64,000 nt of DNA from Thermofilaceae archaeon (GCA_038861545.1 JAWCCZ010000001.1:480001-544000); one strand, 5' to 3'; numbered from the stretch's first letter, positions 39,899 to 50,671 are shown. Numbers and translations: made by a program. Notes: generated by a model not told the origin, from the sequence alone.

Positions 39899-40161
39899 AC
39901 TAATGTTGGGTGTTAGGATCTGTAAGGTGTGAACGTGAACGATGGATAGCATAAAACTCAGCCCGTTGGTTGGAGGGCTAGGTGCGGATGTTTATTCTCT
40001 TGAATTTGAGTAGTGCTTTTTACATAATGCTTACGCCGCGCAAGTCTATCTGATCAATATCAGAAGTTTTCTATCTTTATTGTTTAATAGTTAAGTATAA
40101 ACAACTATGATTTAAGCAAATTATTATGTCTATTTTTAATATTTGCAAATTATACTTACCT

Positions 40162-41193
40162 TTAACTTATTAAATTAATTGTTTTACCTGATGCAGCAGA
40201 TTCGTAAGCCGCCTCTATTACTTCTACTACATGCTTCCCCTCCTCTGGTGAGCCTATGGGTATCGAATTATTGAGTAAACATCTTACGAAGTGCCTGTGA
40301 GTATGTTGGGGCTCTTTTTCTCTAGCTACGGTCGGTATAACCCAGCTTGCGTTCTTTTGATCATAGAAAGCCACTGGAATGTTAAAGTAGTTTAGAAGAA
40401 CTGTTCCTTTAGTCCCGTACAAGATTGTTCCTTCGACCGTCGCAACCTGCGTCCAACTCGATTCTGCGACAGCTATTGCTCCATTCTCCATCTCCATGAG
40501 TAAAGCACAGTTGTCCTCTACTTTTGCTGACTTATCCAGAGTAGCTACACGAGCTAATACGCTTTTAACCTTACCCAGCAAGTACACTATCTGAGTCACT
40601 GCATATACTCCCAGATCTAACAGAACGCCGCCATGGGCTTTTTCAGGGTCGAAAAACCAGCAATTCTTCTCTTCACCAAACATGCGGGCTACTCCCTCCT
40701 GGTACCCTTCTGGCCCTGCGTGAGCCACACGGGATCTCACCATACATACTCTTCCTACACCACTACTGCTAAGGAGTTTTTTAGCGTAATCGAAAGATGG
40801 TGTATCAAAATAAACGAACGGTAGGACCATGACCTTTACGTCGCTATGTTTACGAGCCGCTTTCACGATCATTTCGGCATCCCTCGAATTTGTGCACATA
40901 GGTTTCTGAATAATTACGTGCTTTCCAGCATTTATGCTATCTACGGCAATTTTAGCATGAGTAGGGTGCGGAGTAGCTACCACTACAGCGTCAATGTCAT
41001 CTCTTTCCAGCAGTTTTGTATAATCAGTGTACCAGTACTTGATACCGAATCGCTCAGCTGTAACCCTAGCCCTATTCTCTATCACGTCTGCAACGGCAAT
41101 CACATCCGCCTCCTCAATCGCTTTAAGTTCCGGAATGTGGAAGTAATTTGATATGCCACCACAACCAATTATGCCAAAGCCGATCTTTCGCAT
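40162..41193 (-). CDS. Gfo/Idh/MocA family oxidoreductase
   Basis: GIIGCGGI, VVATPHPTH, GKHVIIQKP, GGVLLDLGVY. Confidence 0.92.
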   Translation of the reverse strand: MRKIGFGIIGCGGISNYFHIPELKAIEEADVIAVADVIENRARVTAERFGIKYWYTDYTKLLERDDIDAVVVATPHPTHAKIAVDSINAGKHVIIQKPMCTNSRDAEMIVKAARKHSDVKVMVLPFVYFDTPSFDYAKKLLSSSGVGRVCMVRSRVAHAGPEGYQEGVARMFGEEKNCWFFDPEKAHGGVLLDLGVYAVTQIVYLLGKVKSVLARVATLDKSAKVEDNCALLMEMENGAIAVAESSWTQVATVEGTILYGTKGTVLLNYFNIPVAFYDQKNASWVIPTVAREKEPQHTHRHFVRCLLNNSIPIGSPEEGKHVVEVIEAAYESAASGKTINLIS

Positions 41194-41682
41194 TCATGAC
41201 CCCCTCTCCCATATTTTAGGGATTCAGGCTTATGTCATAATCTAAAAAATTTTTACATAATTAAGGAATGTGTCGCGGCTAAACTGGTTTGACTTTTCGT
41301 TCTCTACAGCATTGTACAATATGGTTCAACCACGCCTCCCTTGATAGAGAGGAGGGAGAAACAATCACGTAGAAGGATACGATTTATCGCGTAAGGGGTG
41401 GAAGGAGCTATCACGAGGGGTTGGGAGCGGTGATCAGCTGGGCCTGAGCCTTTCTAATCGAACTTGGTTGAAGTTGCGAACAGAATTGTTGCTATCGTGC
41501 TTAACGTGAATGAAAGGTAGAAGATGGCTCTTGGGTTGGCTTTGCAGTACACGTAACCACCGACGTAACCGGCGGTATTCGATGAGTTCGGCGACGGAGC
41601 TTACTATGCCGAAGAACGATGCGATAGTGCTTTTATCCACCACGTTCCTCGTGATGAAGCTCATAAACAGCAGGAACATGTA

Positions 41683-41903
41683 ATGACCGTTATCAACGAT
41701 ATCGAGCTGTACTATGGAGCCTATAAGTCCGGGAAAAGGCAGTAGAACCTGGAGCTGTTGAGAAGACAGGTCAAATCTACGCAGAACTGGAGGCGTTGGG
41801 GTACTCTGTCGACTTGAAAGGCGTCATAATCAAGGTGATAGCTCTCACCAGTGGCTACACGCTAGCGACTAGGAACGTGATACATCTACGCAGGATGAAT
41901 TGA
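41683..41903 (+). pseudogene. VapC/PIN toxin pseudogene
   Basis: MTVINDIELYYGAYKSGKRQ*NLE, then after a deletion or frameshift AVEKTGQIYAELEALG...IALTSGYTLATRNVIHLRR*, the C-terminal half of archaeal VapC. Confidence 0.65.
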
Positions 41904-42029
41904 ACCCTATAGTTACCCCCTAGCAGACCCGAGTTCACTGACAATGCCTTTTTCTTAGCGCGAAGAAAGCTTTCAAGCATAACTACACAACATTGCACTG
42001 CAGCAGTAGTGGGTATCCGCTGAGGTTTT

Positions 42030-43439
42030 GTGCATCATACCTTAGCTCGGATTGTGCTTTCTTGGCGAAAGCAAGATATACGAGGGATTTCCCCCTATAA
42101 GAGTAAACTTTATATTAATGTTTCCCCCTTTAGGAAACCTATGGATTTGGCTTCTTACATGTTAACGAAGAAGGAGAGCATCCAGGGGCTAACGGTGCAC
42201 GATAGGGAGTTGGACGTGAGTGAGAGTGAACACTTCATTGTAGCTGTGGTAGGTCCCAGGAGGGGTGGCAAGACCTATTTCCTTTACAATCTGCTGAGAA
42301 GGAGGGGGTTAAGCGACCACGAGTTCGTGTTTCTGAACTTTGAGGAGCCGGTAGAGGTAAGCTCTCTCGACGAGGTTCTCGCAGTTCACCAGGAGATTTA
42401 CGGTGTGGAGCCCCGGTACATCTTCCTTGATGAGATACAGGCGCTTGAGGGATGGGAGAGACGGGTTTACGCACTCTTTGAAAGGAAGCGGTACCGGATC
42501 TTCGTTACTGGCTCTTCATCTAGGCTTCTAAGCCGGGAAGTTGCAACGCAGCTGAGAGGTAGGGCTTTGCCGTTCTACGTTTACCCTTTCTCACTGAGGG
42601 AGGTTTTAAGAATTTACGGGATTGAGCTCAAAAGCTACTACAGCGACTACGAGGGGGCTAGGATTCGCAGCATAGCTTCATCATGCCTGAAGAGGGGCTT
42701 CTTCCCCGACGTCGTTCTCGACCACGTTGAGCCTTTCCGTTTCTACCGCGAGTTCGTCGATCTCATCGCTTACAGGGACATTATCGAGCGGTACAGGGTG
42801 AGGAACCTCTACGCGTTGGAACTGTTCCTGCGATCCTGCATCTCCTCGAACGCGTCGCTCTTCTCTGTCCACAGATTGTATAATACATTAAAGTCCCAGG
42901 GTGCAAAGGTCAGTAAGAAGCTCCTCTATTCTTTCCAGAGAATGGTTGAGGACTCAATGTTCGGCTTCTTTCTCCACAAATACGCTCGCAGCACCAGGAT
43001 TGCTGCTCTGAGTATGCCAAAGTTCTACCTTGTAGACAATGGAGTTTACGCGTTCCATGAAGGCAAGAATCTTGGAAAGCTGCTTGAAAACGTAGTGCTC
43101 CTCGAACTAGCGAAGAGAGGCTATACTCTCAATACAGACGTCTTCTACTGGAGGGACGAGAGAGGATATGAGGTCGACTTCATCATAGCGGAGAAAGGAG
43201 CAGTGAGGGAGCTCATCCAGGTGAGCTACGCGACCGGGGAGGATGAAGTTGAGAGAAGGGAGCTGGATGCGCTTGCACGATGCGCGAGCGCCTTTAAGTG
43301 TGATCGGCTTACAATAGTGACATGGAGCTTTGAAGGGAAGTTAGAAGCTGAAGGTAGACCTGTAATAGCTATCCCATTCTGGAAATGGTCGCTAAGCCTC
43401 CGAAGCATAACCAACGCGGTGCGCACAAGCCGAACTTAA
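42030..43439 (+). CDS. AAA+ ATPase with DUF4143 (COG1373); start probably ATG at 42141
   Basis: GPRRGGKT, FLDEIQ, VTGSSS, LRGR, KFYLVDNG, LENVV, EVDF. Confidence 0.9.
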   Translation: MHHTLARIVLSWRKQDIRGISPYKSKLYINVSPFRKPMDLASYMLTKKESIQGLTVHDRELDVSESEHFIVAVVGPRRGGKTYFLYNLLRRRGLSDHEFVFLNFEEPVEVSSLDEVLAVHQEIYGVEPRYIFLDEIQALEGWERRVYALFERKRYRIFVTGSSSRLLSREVATQLRGRALPFYVYPFSLREVLRIYGIELKSYYSDYEGARIRSIASSCLKRGFFPDVVLDHVEPFRFYREFVDLIAYRDIIERYRVRNLYALELFLRSCISSNASLFSVHRLYNTLKSQGAKVSKKLLYSFQRMVEDSMFGFFLHKYARSTRIAALSMPKFYLVDNGVYAFHEGKNLGKLLENVVLLELAKRGYTLNTDVFYWRDERGYEVDFIIAEKGAVRELIQVSYATGEDEVERRELDALARCASAFKCDRLTIVTWSFEGKLEAEGRPVIAIPFWKWSLSLRSITNAVRTSRT

Positions 43440-43568
43440 ACGCATTCAAGGGGAGCCGTATGATCAGCTCTATACGAGAGAAACGCATTTTGTAGGTAGC
43501 AGCTTCAGCTTAATTGGAGAAAAGATTTTAAAGCTGTAACCGTCATGCAGTGAGCCCGCGATGTGAGG

Positions 43569-43928
43569 TTAAGCTGCACGTCTACTGACAACGTTGTCCG
43601 CCGGCCTCCTTGCATCACTCACTTCCTGCAGAATCTTGCCGAGCCGTTCAGCCAGTTTCTCATACTCTCTGATGCCGAGTTCGGTGAGCTCCGCCTTCAG
43701 CTCCAGGATTCGGGGGCCACTCCCGAGCCCCCTCCAGAGACGTATGTATCCTCTTTCATGAAGCCGGCGTATATTGTTGTCCAAATCCCCCCAAGAGATC
43801 TCGAGGGCCCGCCTCAATTCCCTCAAACTCAATGGGCCGAGCGCGTAGAGGAGACTCACTATTGCGAATCTCTTCGGGTTTAACAAATCCACGTCAACCT
43901 CCTTCAATAGCTCAGCGAGCTCCTCCAT
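43569..43928 (-). CDS. ArsR/MarR-like wHTH regulator
   Basis: NPKRFAIVSLL, LRRALEISWGDLDNNIRRL, ELTELG. Confidence 0.8.
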   Translation of the reverse strand: MEELAELLKEVDVDLLNPKRFAIVSLLYALGPLSLRELRRALEISWGDLDNNIRRLHERGYIRLWRGLGSGPRILELKAELTELGIREYEKLAERLGKILQEVSDARRPADNVVSRRAA

Positions 43929-43929
43929 C

Positions 43930-44571
43930 CTAACTCCCGAGTAGCTTCCTAGCTCCGCGGAGAGCTACTAACGCGGCAATAGAGTAGCTGAGGAGGACAA
44001 GCGATAGGGCGAGCATCCAACCCGCCGTGAGCGAAGCCACTGTTACAGCCAATACGAGGGGGGTTGTTACCAGCATGATTGATGATGAGAGGAGGAAAGG
44101 TCTCACCAAGATATTGCCCTGCCGGTACTCCTCCTTCTCTATGAACAGGTGCTCAAGAAGCAATGAGATCGCGAGAGCGGGGTACCACACGACGATATAG
44201 AAAGGTGAAGTCCATGGCAGGGCGTATAGAACGATGAATGGCGTGGCGAAAATCAATCCAAAGAACTTCCCCCTTGTTCTCCATACAGGGGAGGTGGCTC
44301 TAGGGGAGGCGGCAGCCACGATGTAACCAACTAGAATTATGAGCAGAATCAGTGCAAGCATGGTGGCTATCCAGAACATACTCGTGTTCCAAGCGTTAAG
44401 CAGCACGGCTAGGGACACTACAACCAGCCAGTATGCGGTTATAAATGAGCCGTAGAAGAGGAATGCATAAGCTGCTTGAACTGTGAGGAAGTACTTCCTC
44501 ATTCTCTGAGCTAAATCCGCAAGAGCGATCGCCCTGCCCAAGTCAAGTTGTTCCTCACTCATGCTACTCAC
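43930..44571 (-). CDS. Multi-pass membrane protein of ABC cassette
   Basis: About 6 hydrophobic segments; coupled to the wHTH gene. Confidence 0.65.
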   Translation of the reverse strand: MSSMSEEQLDLGRAIALADLAQRMRKYFLTVQAAYAFLFYGSFITAYWLVVVSLAVLLNAWNTSMFWIATMLALILLIILVGYIVAAASPRATSPVWRTRGKFFGLIFATPFIVLYALPWTSPFYIVVWYPALAISLLLEHLFIEKEEYRQGNILVRPFLLSSSIMLVTTPLVLAVTVASLTAGWMLALSLVLLSYSIAALVALRGARKLLGS

Positions 44572-44592
44572 CTTTTGCGAGCCAGCCCGTGC

Positions 44593-45435
44593 TCACGCTT
44601 CTTCCCTCGGCATCCCGGTAACCTTCCTCATGAGCAGGAAGGATGCCACAGCAAGTAGGAGTATCCAGGCTAAAGTTGACGCAATAGCCAGTGTAGGCTC
44701 GATCTCTGTCCCCGAGCTTGGATTGCGCCAGGGCTGGTGGAAGATCCATCCGCCGGCAAGTGGCTTGGTGCCAGTTGCGGAGCTGACTATGAGGGGGGCT
44801 AGCGGGGCTACGGGCAGCAGATAAGCTATGTTGCCCGGATCCAGCCAGAGGGTTGCGTAAACGCCGAAGCCTAGCATCAGGGGAAGCATCCCCATGAGCT
44901 GGGATCGGGGCTTTCTCAGCACTAAAAGCATCTCGCTGAGTAGGTAGCTCAGCCAGTACCAGAGCGCACCAGCGAGAAGCATGTACCCGATCATCTCAAC
45001 CAGCTTATCCGGTAGAACTAGAATGCCGAACCTCGCGTACGTAAGGCCCACCACAGCTACAATTGTGGCCGAAGTGTACGCAAGGATTGCCGCGAGTCCG
45101 GCGAGGAAATCTTCTATCAGGTACCTTGCAGGCGTTAGGCGCGTGAAGCGGGCTGCGAACGCTACGGCGTAAGAGGAGAAGAGCTTGTATTGAGTCAAGC
45201 CTATTGCAACTGAGGCCATCGAGAGCACGCCGAGGTAGGTGTAGGCGAGCGCAGCGTTAACCTTTAGGGCCTGCTCGAGGATCTCTCGGGGCGGAGGCAG
45301 CGGCTCCACACGCGTGAAAACGTAGATCCATAGGACAGCCCAGAACAACATGAACCCGATCCCCCAGAACAGCCCGCTTCGATCAGTGGCAAGACTCTTC
45401 AACAGGTATTTCAAGTAGCGCGTCATCTTAACCAC
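44593..45435 (-). CDS. ABC-2 type exporter permease
   Basis: About 6 TM; overlaps the ABC ATPase stop. Confidence 0.7.
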   Translation of the reverse strand: MVKMTRYLKYLLKSLATDRSGLFWGIGFMLFWAVLWIYVFTRVEPLPPPREILEQALKVNAALAYTYLGVLSMASVAIGLTQYKLFSSYAVAFAARFTRLTPARYLIEDFLAGLAAILAYTSATIVAVVGLTYARFGILVLPDKLVEMIGYMLLAGALWYWLSYLLSEMLLVLRKPRSQLMGMLPLMLGFGVYATLWLDPGNIAYLLPVAPLAPLIVSSATGTKPLAGGWIFHQPWRNPSSGTEIEPTLAIASTLAWILLLAVASFLLMRKVTGMPREEA

Positions 45436-46219
45436 TCCTCACAACGATATCGTAAAGCCTGTCTAGAGTAAGTAGGCTCGACACTGGCTCCCCAGCTCCT
45501 TCCTCCACAAAACTCAATTCCGTCTCTTCTAGTGACACGCGGAGCAGGGGGCTTTCAACCTTTCCCTTCACGATCCTAGCTGAGGCCAGCTTGCCGGCCG
45601 GTGCGGGACCGAAGATTCTACCGTCAACCATGATATGGGCTTGCCAATCGCGGAGCGTGTTAAGGATCCACGTCTCATGCGTATTCAGAACCAGTGTACC
45701 TCTGTAGCTATCTAGGATCTTCGCCAAGCGCGCCTTCTTAGCCGGGTCGAGCTGCTCGAACGGCTCGTCCAACAGAACGTTCTTGGCGCCGCTTGCCAGC
45801 GCGAGTACTGTGCAGAAGGCTTTCAACGTGCCGGCCGACAGCTCCCACAACTTCCTACTCTCAATATCTACCATTGGGACGCCGAGCTCCAACAGCAACC
45901 GTTTAGCTAGTTTGAGATCCACGTCCATGATGTCCGAGAATAGTAAAGCAACTTCCCAAGCTCTTACGGGAACTAAGCTATACACCTCAGCTAGATTAGT
46001 GGCCAGCAATCCTAATCCGTTCTGAAGCCTTGCAAGCAGAACTCCATCAATTATAATCTCACCCCTGAATGGCACTAGACCAGCAATGGCTTTGAACAGT
46101 GTAGTCTTCCCGCTACCATTAGGGCCGAGCACGATGTGCTTGTTCGAGAAGACAGTTGAAGCATTATTTACAACCGATTTATTGCCCAGAGTCACATGCA
46201 AATCCTTTAACTCTATCAT
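45428..46219 (-). CDS. ABC transporter ATP-binding protein
   Basis: GPNGSGKT, LSAG, LLDEP, H-loop NTHE. Confidence 0.9.
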   Translation of the reverse strand: MIELKDLHVTLGNKSVVNNASTVFSNKHIVLGPNGSGKTTLFKAIAGLVPFRGEIIIDGVLLARLQNGLGLLATNLAEVYSLVPVRAWEVALLFSDIMDVDLKLAKRLLLELGVPMVDIESRKLWELSAGTLKAFCTVLALASGAKNVLLDEPFEQLDPAKKARLAKILDSYRGTLVLNTHETWILNTLRDWQAHIMVDGRIFGPAPAGKLASARIVKGKVESPLLRVSLEETELSFVEEGAGEPVSSLLTLDRLYDIVVRSG

Positions 46220-46489
46220 AGTAATTCCAGTGCACAGTAAGGTTATAAATTCCGCTTATTTTCTTAAAACGAGAGTAAATTACTGTACAACCATTGCACA
46301 GCTTAGGTGTTTTAATCCATTTAATTTTCACCCTTAATAGCATCACACGCTGTAATGAGCGTAACCCAAGAAGGATTATTCGGTTACTCCTCCTTTATCC
46401 TTTCCTTCGCGTGCCAGGTCTCATCCCCTGTAGCGCTCGCGTCCCCCCAATAGCGTGTGCGGCGAATGGGGAAGTATTATTGATCTTCA

Positions 46490-46940
46490 GGGCAGGAGCA
46501 TCAACGATATCTTTGTGCAAGCTACAGCCGTGTTCGCCGCTACCGATGAGGTTTCAAGTCGGGGGACAACAAGCAATCGTGGAACCACCTCGGCCCAGTG
46601 AACAAGACTGTGCGAGCCGTAGAGTCTAGGGGTGCTTAAATCTACGCGGGGCACATTCTCAGGCCTCCTCATGTTCCATCATAAACCTCACTCCACTGGG
46701 ATGAGCCTTACAGTGAAGCCCACCTGGATACCCAGCGTCGCAGCACCTGGAGCGAGTTTTCTCGTCAAGTTGACGAGCTTGGAAGAAGGAGTGCCGGGCA
46801 AGAGCCTTAAGGTACTTTTCAACGGTGTGGAAATCTACCTCTGCTACACAGGGGCGCACGACAGATACGAGTGTACAGTAGAGTGGCCTGCTACAAGTGC
46901 GAGAACTGTCAACCTGACGGTGCTGTATCCGGCGACCGCT
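46490..46940 (+). pseudogene. Remnant of a BNR/Asp-box beta-propeller plus Ig-like surface protein
   Basis: Across frames: SINDIFVQATAVFAATDE / FKSGDNKQSWNHLGPVNKTVRAVESRGA*IYAG / TFSGLL, followed by an Ig-like segment in frame with the GH38. Confidence 0.45.
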
Positions 46941-46973
46941 ATCCATTTTTGTAACATTATTCTACGTCCCCGC

Positions 46974-49900
46974 GTGAGCGCGCGTATCACTCAACAGGAG
47001 TTGGAAAGAAGGTTTTTCGAACTGCTGGCAGCTACCATACAGGACTTTAAGCCGGTTAGTGAATGGATTAAGGGGGGCGAGCAGCTTAAGCTGCCTTACT
47101 TAGCTGAAGCTTACCCAGACGAGACGTTGTGTTTCGAGAACCAGTTTAGGCTACCGGCTATGGAAGGAACCAAGTGGTTGCTCAGGCTCGATATTACCGG
47201 GAACGGGCTTCTCTTAGTTGATGGTGAGCCGTACCAAGGAGTAGATGAGCAGCACAGGATTGCGGTGCTAGAACCCGGAGAGAGGAGCGTGGCTTTAGAA
47301 GCCACCCCGCGCCGACTTTTCGGTGAAAGTCCCTGGTTCTTCGCGTTTACTGGCTCTAACCTTGCTGCTGTTCACTGGGAGGGCTTTAACACCGCTTTAG
47401 CGTTGTGGGACACTGCTATCCTAGCGAGGCGCCGACAAGAGCTAAGGCAAACTTTGGCTAAAGCCGCAGTAGAGGTTGAGCTAACCCCCAGCGTTGTGCA
47501 GGTCTATGCCCTTCAGCGTACTCTTTACGGGTATTTAATGCAAGAGGGGTCACCGGAGTACGGGTCGATGAGGGGGGATTTAGCGTATATAGCTAATGTT
47601 TACGGGGAAAGGGTGGTTCGAGGCGCGCTGGAGGATACACCTAAACCCAGTATCAGCGAACTACTTGAAACTCTCAATAGGGTTAAAGCAGCCCTACCTG
47701 AAGGATTCCCCGTTGGTAAAGTTTACCTTTTCGGGCACGCTCACATAGATACCGCTTGGCTTTGGCCGTTCAGCGAAACTAAGAGGAAGGTCGTCAGAAC
47801 GTTCACCACGGTGGCTAGGCTGGCGAAGATGGGGTATAGCTTCACCTATGTTCAGAGCGGAGCACAGAACTACAAGTGGCTGGAGGAGCAAAACCCGAAA
47901 CTCTTCGACGAAATCCGAGGGCTTGTTAAGAGCGGGCATTGGTTACCGATAGGCGGCATGTGGGTGGAGTCGGATACGCAACTCGTAACCGGCGAATCGC
48001 TGGCCCGCCAGTTCCTTTATGGGCAGCAATACTTTAAGGAGAAATTCGGTTTAAAAAGCCGTATCGGATGGTTACCGGACAGCTTCGGGTTCTCCGCTCA
48101 ACTACCCCAGCTGATGAAGAAGTCCGGTATCGAGGTTTTCGTTACACATAAGGTTATGTGGTATGATACTAACGAGTTCCCGTACCACGCTTTCGTTTGG
48201 GAGGGCTTAGACGGCAGCGAAGTTATAGCTCATATAATCGTCTCCACCTATAATGGTGCTTTAACAGCAACCGAGCTTGCAGGGCTATGGGATAGGTATA
48301 AGCAGAAAGATGTGGCACCAGCCGTGCACGCGTATGGTTTCGGCGACGGTGGCGGAGGGCCTACATTCCTTATGCTGGAAAGGTTAAAACACTTGAAAAA
48401 GCTGCCGGGGTTGCCTGAGCCGGTTGAAGCCCCTAAAGAGAATGAGTACGTTGCAGACTTACTTAACCTGAAACCGAAGCTGCCACGCTGGAAAAGCGAA
48501 ATCTACAACGAGTTTCACAGGGGTGTCTACACAACTAACATAAAAGTAAAATCCCTTATGGCTGAAGCTGAGCGGGAAGCTGTATGGGCGGAAGCGGCCA
48601 GTGCAATAGCCGACTTCCTAGGGCTTATACACTACCCGCGGGAAGCGCTGAAAACTGCTTGGGAGCGCGTACTTAGATGCCAGTTCCATGATGTTCTCCC
48701 CGGCTCATCCAACTATGAAGCTTACGAGGAAGCCTATAGGGATTTAGAGGAGGCGATACGCGAGTTCTTAAAAGCCTCGTCAACAGCGCTAAAATCCATT
48801 GCAGATCACGTTAACGCGCCGAAAAGCAGCTTAATCGTCTTTAACAGTTTGCCATGGCTCAGGACAGTTGTTATAGAGGTTCCGAATGAAGGGTACTCCT
48901 ACCCCGACGGCAGACCGGTTAAAATTCAGAAGACAGGAGGTAAAATTCTAGCAGAGGTCGAGGTTCCATCAATGGGTTACATAGCTCTCGCACCGAGTAA
49001 GGGTATTGCAGCCGAGGAAGGTGTAAAAGCTTACATGGAGGGGGATTGCCTAGTACTTGAGAATGACGCGCTCCGCCTGAAGGTGACTAATAATGGATCC
49101 TTGGTCTCCATATATGATAAACAGCTTCAAGTGGAATTGCTAAGAGGGCCGAGTAACCTACTGAAAGCGCATGTCGATAAACCCGGTAACTTCGATGCAT
49201 GGGATGTTGACCGCTCAACAGTAGAGTTGCCCGGTCGCAGCTTAGAAATAGTGGAGAAACCTAGAATCACCGCAGAAGGCCCGCTAATAGCATCGGTTGA
49301 GTATGCATTAAAGTTCAAGAATTCAATCATCAAGCAGAGGATCACCCTTTACAGGAGTTCAAGGCTAATTGAATTCCATACAGAGGTTGATTGGAGAGAT
49401 AAATGCTACCTGCTGAAAGCGTGGTTCAACTTTAATATTAAATCCGGAACCGCTCACTTCGAAGTTCCCTTCGGCGTAGTGGAGAGGGCTACTACGCCGA
49501 AGGATAAGTGGGATGAGGCAAAGTACGAGGTACCAGCGTTAAGGTGGATGGATATTTCAGACGGAGTGAAAGGTGTAAGCGTAATTGCCCCAACGAGGCA
49601 CGGCTACAGTATTAGAGGAGCCGAAGTGGGTTTAAGCCTGCTTAAATCGCCGATACACCCTAATCCCTGGTCCGACCTCGGCCGGTACACGATCACATAC
49701 TACCTATATCCACACCCTGGCGATTATCGCACTGGAAGGGTTTACGAAAAAGCATACGAGATTTGGAGCGACGTGAAAACCGTGGTTAAAGAAAGGGATA
49801 GCGGCAATCTCCCATCTAAGGCCAGCTTCATGGAGGGGCAACCTGGGATACTCGTGGAATCTCTGAAGATGAGTGAAAATGGTGAAGGCTTAATCATTAG

Positions 49901-50093
49901 AATGTACGAGATTGAGGGAAGGGAAAGGAGTACTCTGCTAAGATTCCCCGAACCCCTCGAAGTATACGAGACAAATATACTCGAGGAGGACCCGAAACCC
50001 GTACCGAAGCCGTCTAGAGCTAGAATGCCCCTTACATTTATTACATTTAAGCCTTTTGAAATAAAAACCCTTCTACTTAAACGTCAGCAGTAA
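46974..50093 (+). CDS. Alpha-mannosidase, GH38 (Ams1/MAN2C1-like); ORF track start 46632 probably too early
   Basis: GHAHIDTAWLWP, GGMWVE, WLPDSFG, GDGGGGP, HRGVYT, QFHDVLPGS; in-frame GTG at 46974 with a T-rich TATA-like box about 25 nt upstream. Confidence 0.9.
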   Translation: MSARITQQELERRFFELLAATIQDFKPVSEWIKGGEQLKLPYLAEAYPDETLCFENQFRLPAMEGTKWLLRLDITGNGLLLVDGEPYQGVDEQHRIAVLEPGERSVALEATPRRLFGESPWFFAFTGSNLAAVHWEGFNTALALWDTAILARRRQELRQTLAKAAVEVELTPSVVQVYALQRTLYGYLMQEGSPEYGSMRGDLAYIANVYGERVVRGALEDTPKPSISELLETLNRVKAALPEGFPVGKVYLFGHAHIDTAWLWPFSETKRKVVRTFTTVARLAKMGYSFTYVQSGAQNYKWLEEQNPKLFDEIRGLVKSGHWLPIGGMWVESDTQLVTGESLARQFLYGQQYFKEKFGLKSRIGWLPDSFGFSAQLPQLMKKSGIEVFVTHKVMWYDTNEFPYHAFVWEGLDGSEVIAHIIVSTYNGALTATELAGLWDRYKQKDVAPAVHAYGFGDGGGGPTFLMLERLKHLKKLPGLPEPVEAPKENEYVADLLNLKPKLPRWKSEIYNEFHRGVYTTNIKVKSLMAEAEREAVWAEAASAIADFLGLIHYPREALKTAWERVLRCQFHDVLPGSSNYEAYEEAYRDLEEAIREFLKASSTALKSIADHVNAPKSSLIVFNSLPWLRTVVIEVPNEGYSYPDGRPVKIQKTGGKILAEVEVPSMGYIALAPSKGIAAEEGVKAYMEGDCLVLENDALRLKVTNNGSLVSIYDKQLQVELLRGPSNLLKAHVDKPGNFDAWDVDRSTVELPGRSLEIVEKPRITAEGPLIASVEYALKFKNSIIKQRITLYRSSRLIEFHTEVDWRDKCYLLKAWFNFNIKSGTAHFEVPFGVVERATTPKDKWDEAKYEVPALRWMDISDGVKGVSVIAPTRHGYSIRGAEVGLSLLKSPIHPNPWSDLGRYTITYYLYPHPGDYRTGRVYEKAYEIWSDVKTVVKERDSGNLPSKASFMEGQPGILVESLKMSENGEGLIIRMYEIEGRERSTLLRFPEPLEVYETNILEEDPKPVPKPSRARMPLTFITFKPFEIKTLLLKRQQ

Positions 50094-50116
50094 CTTAATC
50101 TTCCAGCTTTTTTCTA

Positions 50117-50671
50117 TCAACTTCTCCCATACCTGCCCATGGTCTCTGCAACTGCTAGGACATGCCCTTTCGCTGCTCTAAGCACATCGCTAAGCCTAGC
50201 CCCCTCGCTTAAATTCAATTTAGTGTCTAGAGCAAACAGTACAAAAAAGTACCTATGAGTTGAACCAGGGGGTGGGCAAGGGCCACCATAACCCTTACGG
50301 CCGAAATGGTTTAATCCATTTACACCTACTCCAGGTTGGTACTCAGTAACTGAGCCTGGTATGTCATAAACAACCCAGTGGATAAACGTGCCTCCAGGGG
50401 CATCAGGATCGTACATTAACAACACATAGGTTACTGTCCCCTCCGGTTGCCCCCTCCATCTCAAAGTAGGCGGTTCGTTCGAGCTGTCGCATGTAAAAGT
50501 AGCAGGAATAGGTTCACCGTATCGGAAATCCGGGCTCTCAAGTTCAAAATTAGTTTTCGCCTCGGCTTTCAGATCGTCGATAAAAACTTCTTTCTCGGCC
50601 GTGAAAAAGGCGAGGAACACAGCTAAAACTATAATTGCTATAAAGGTTATGAGTAGCAGATATTTCCGCAT
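50117..50671 (-). CDS. YbhB/YbcL (PEBP) family protein with N-terminal membrane anchor or signal
   Basis: DPDAP..F.HWVVYDI, GYGGPCPP, HRYFF.LFALD. Confidence 0.92.
   Translation of the reverse strand: MRKYLLLITFIAIIVLAVFLAFFTAEKEVFIDDLKAEAKTNFELESPDFRYGEPIPATFTCDSSNEPPTLRWRGQPEGTVTYVLLMYDPDAPGGTFIHWVVYDIPGSVTEYQPGVGVNGLNHFGRKGYGGPCPPPGSTHRYFFVLFALDTKLNLSEGARLSDVLRAAKGHVLAVAETMGRYGRS

Noticed and set aside
41434-41679. 81-aa minus-strand ORF as a real gene
   Set aside because: It lies in a decayed region with only a faint resemblance to a transporter fragment; not supportable.
46294-46629. 111-aa plus-strand ORF
   Set aside because: No motif; it overlaps the frameshifted beta-propeller remnant in a different frame.
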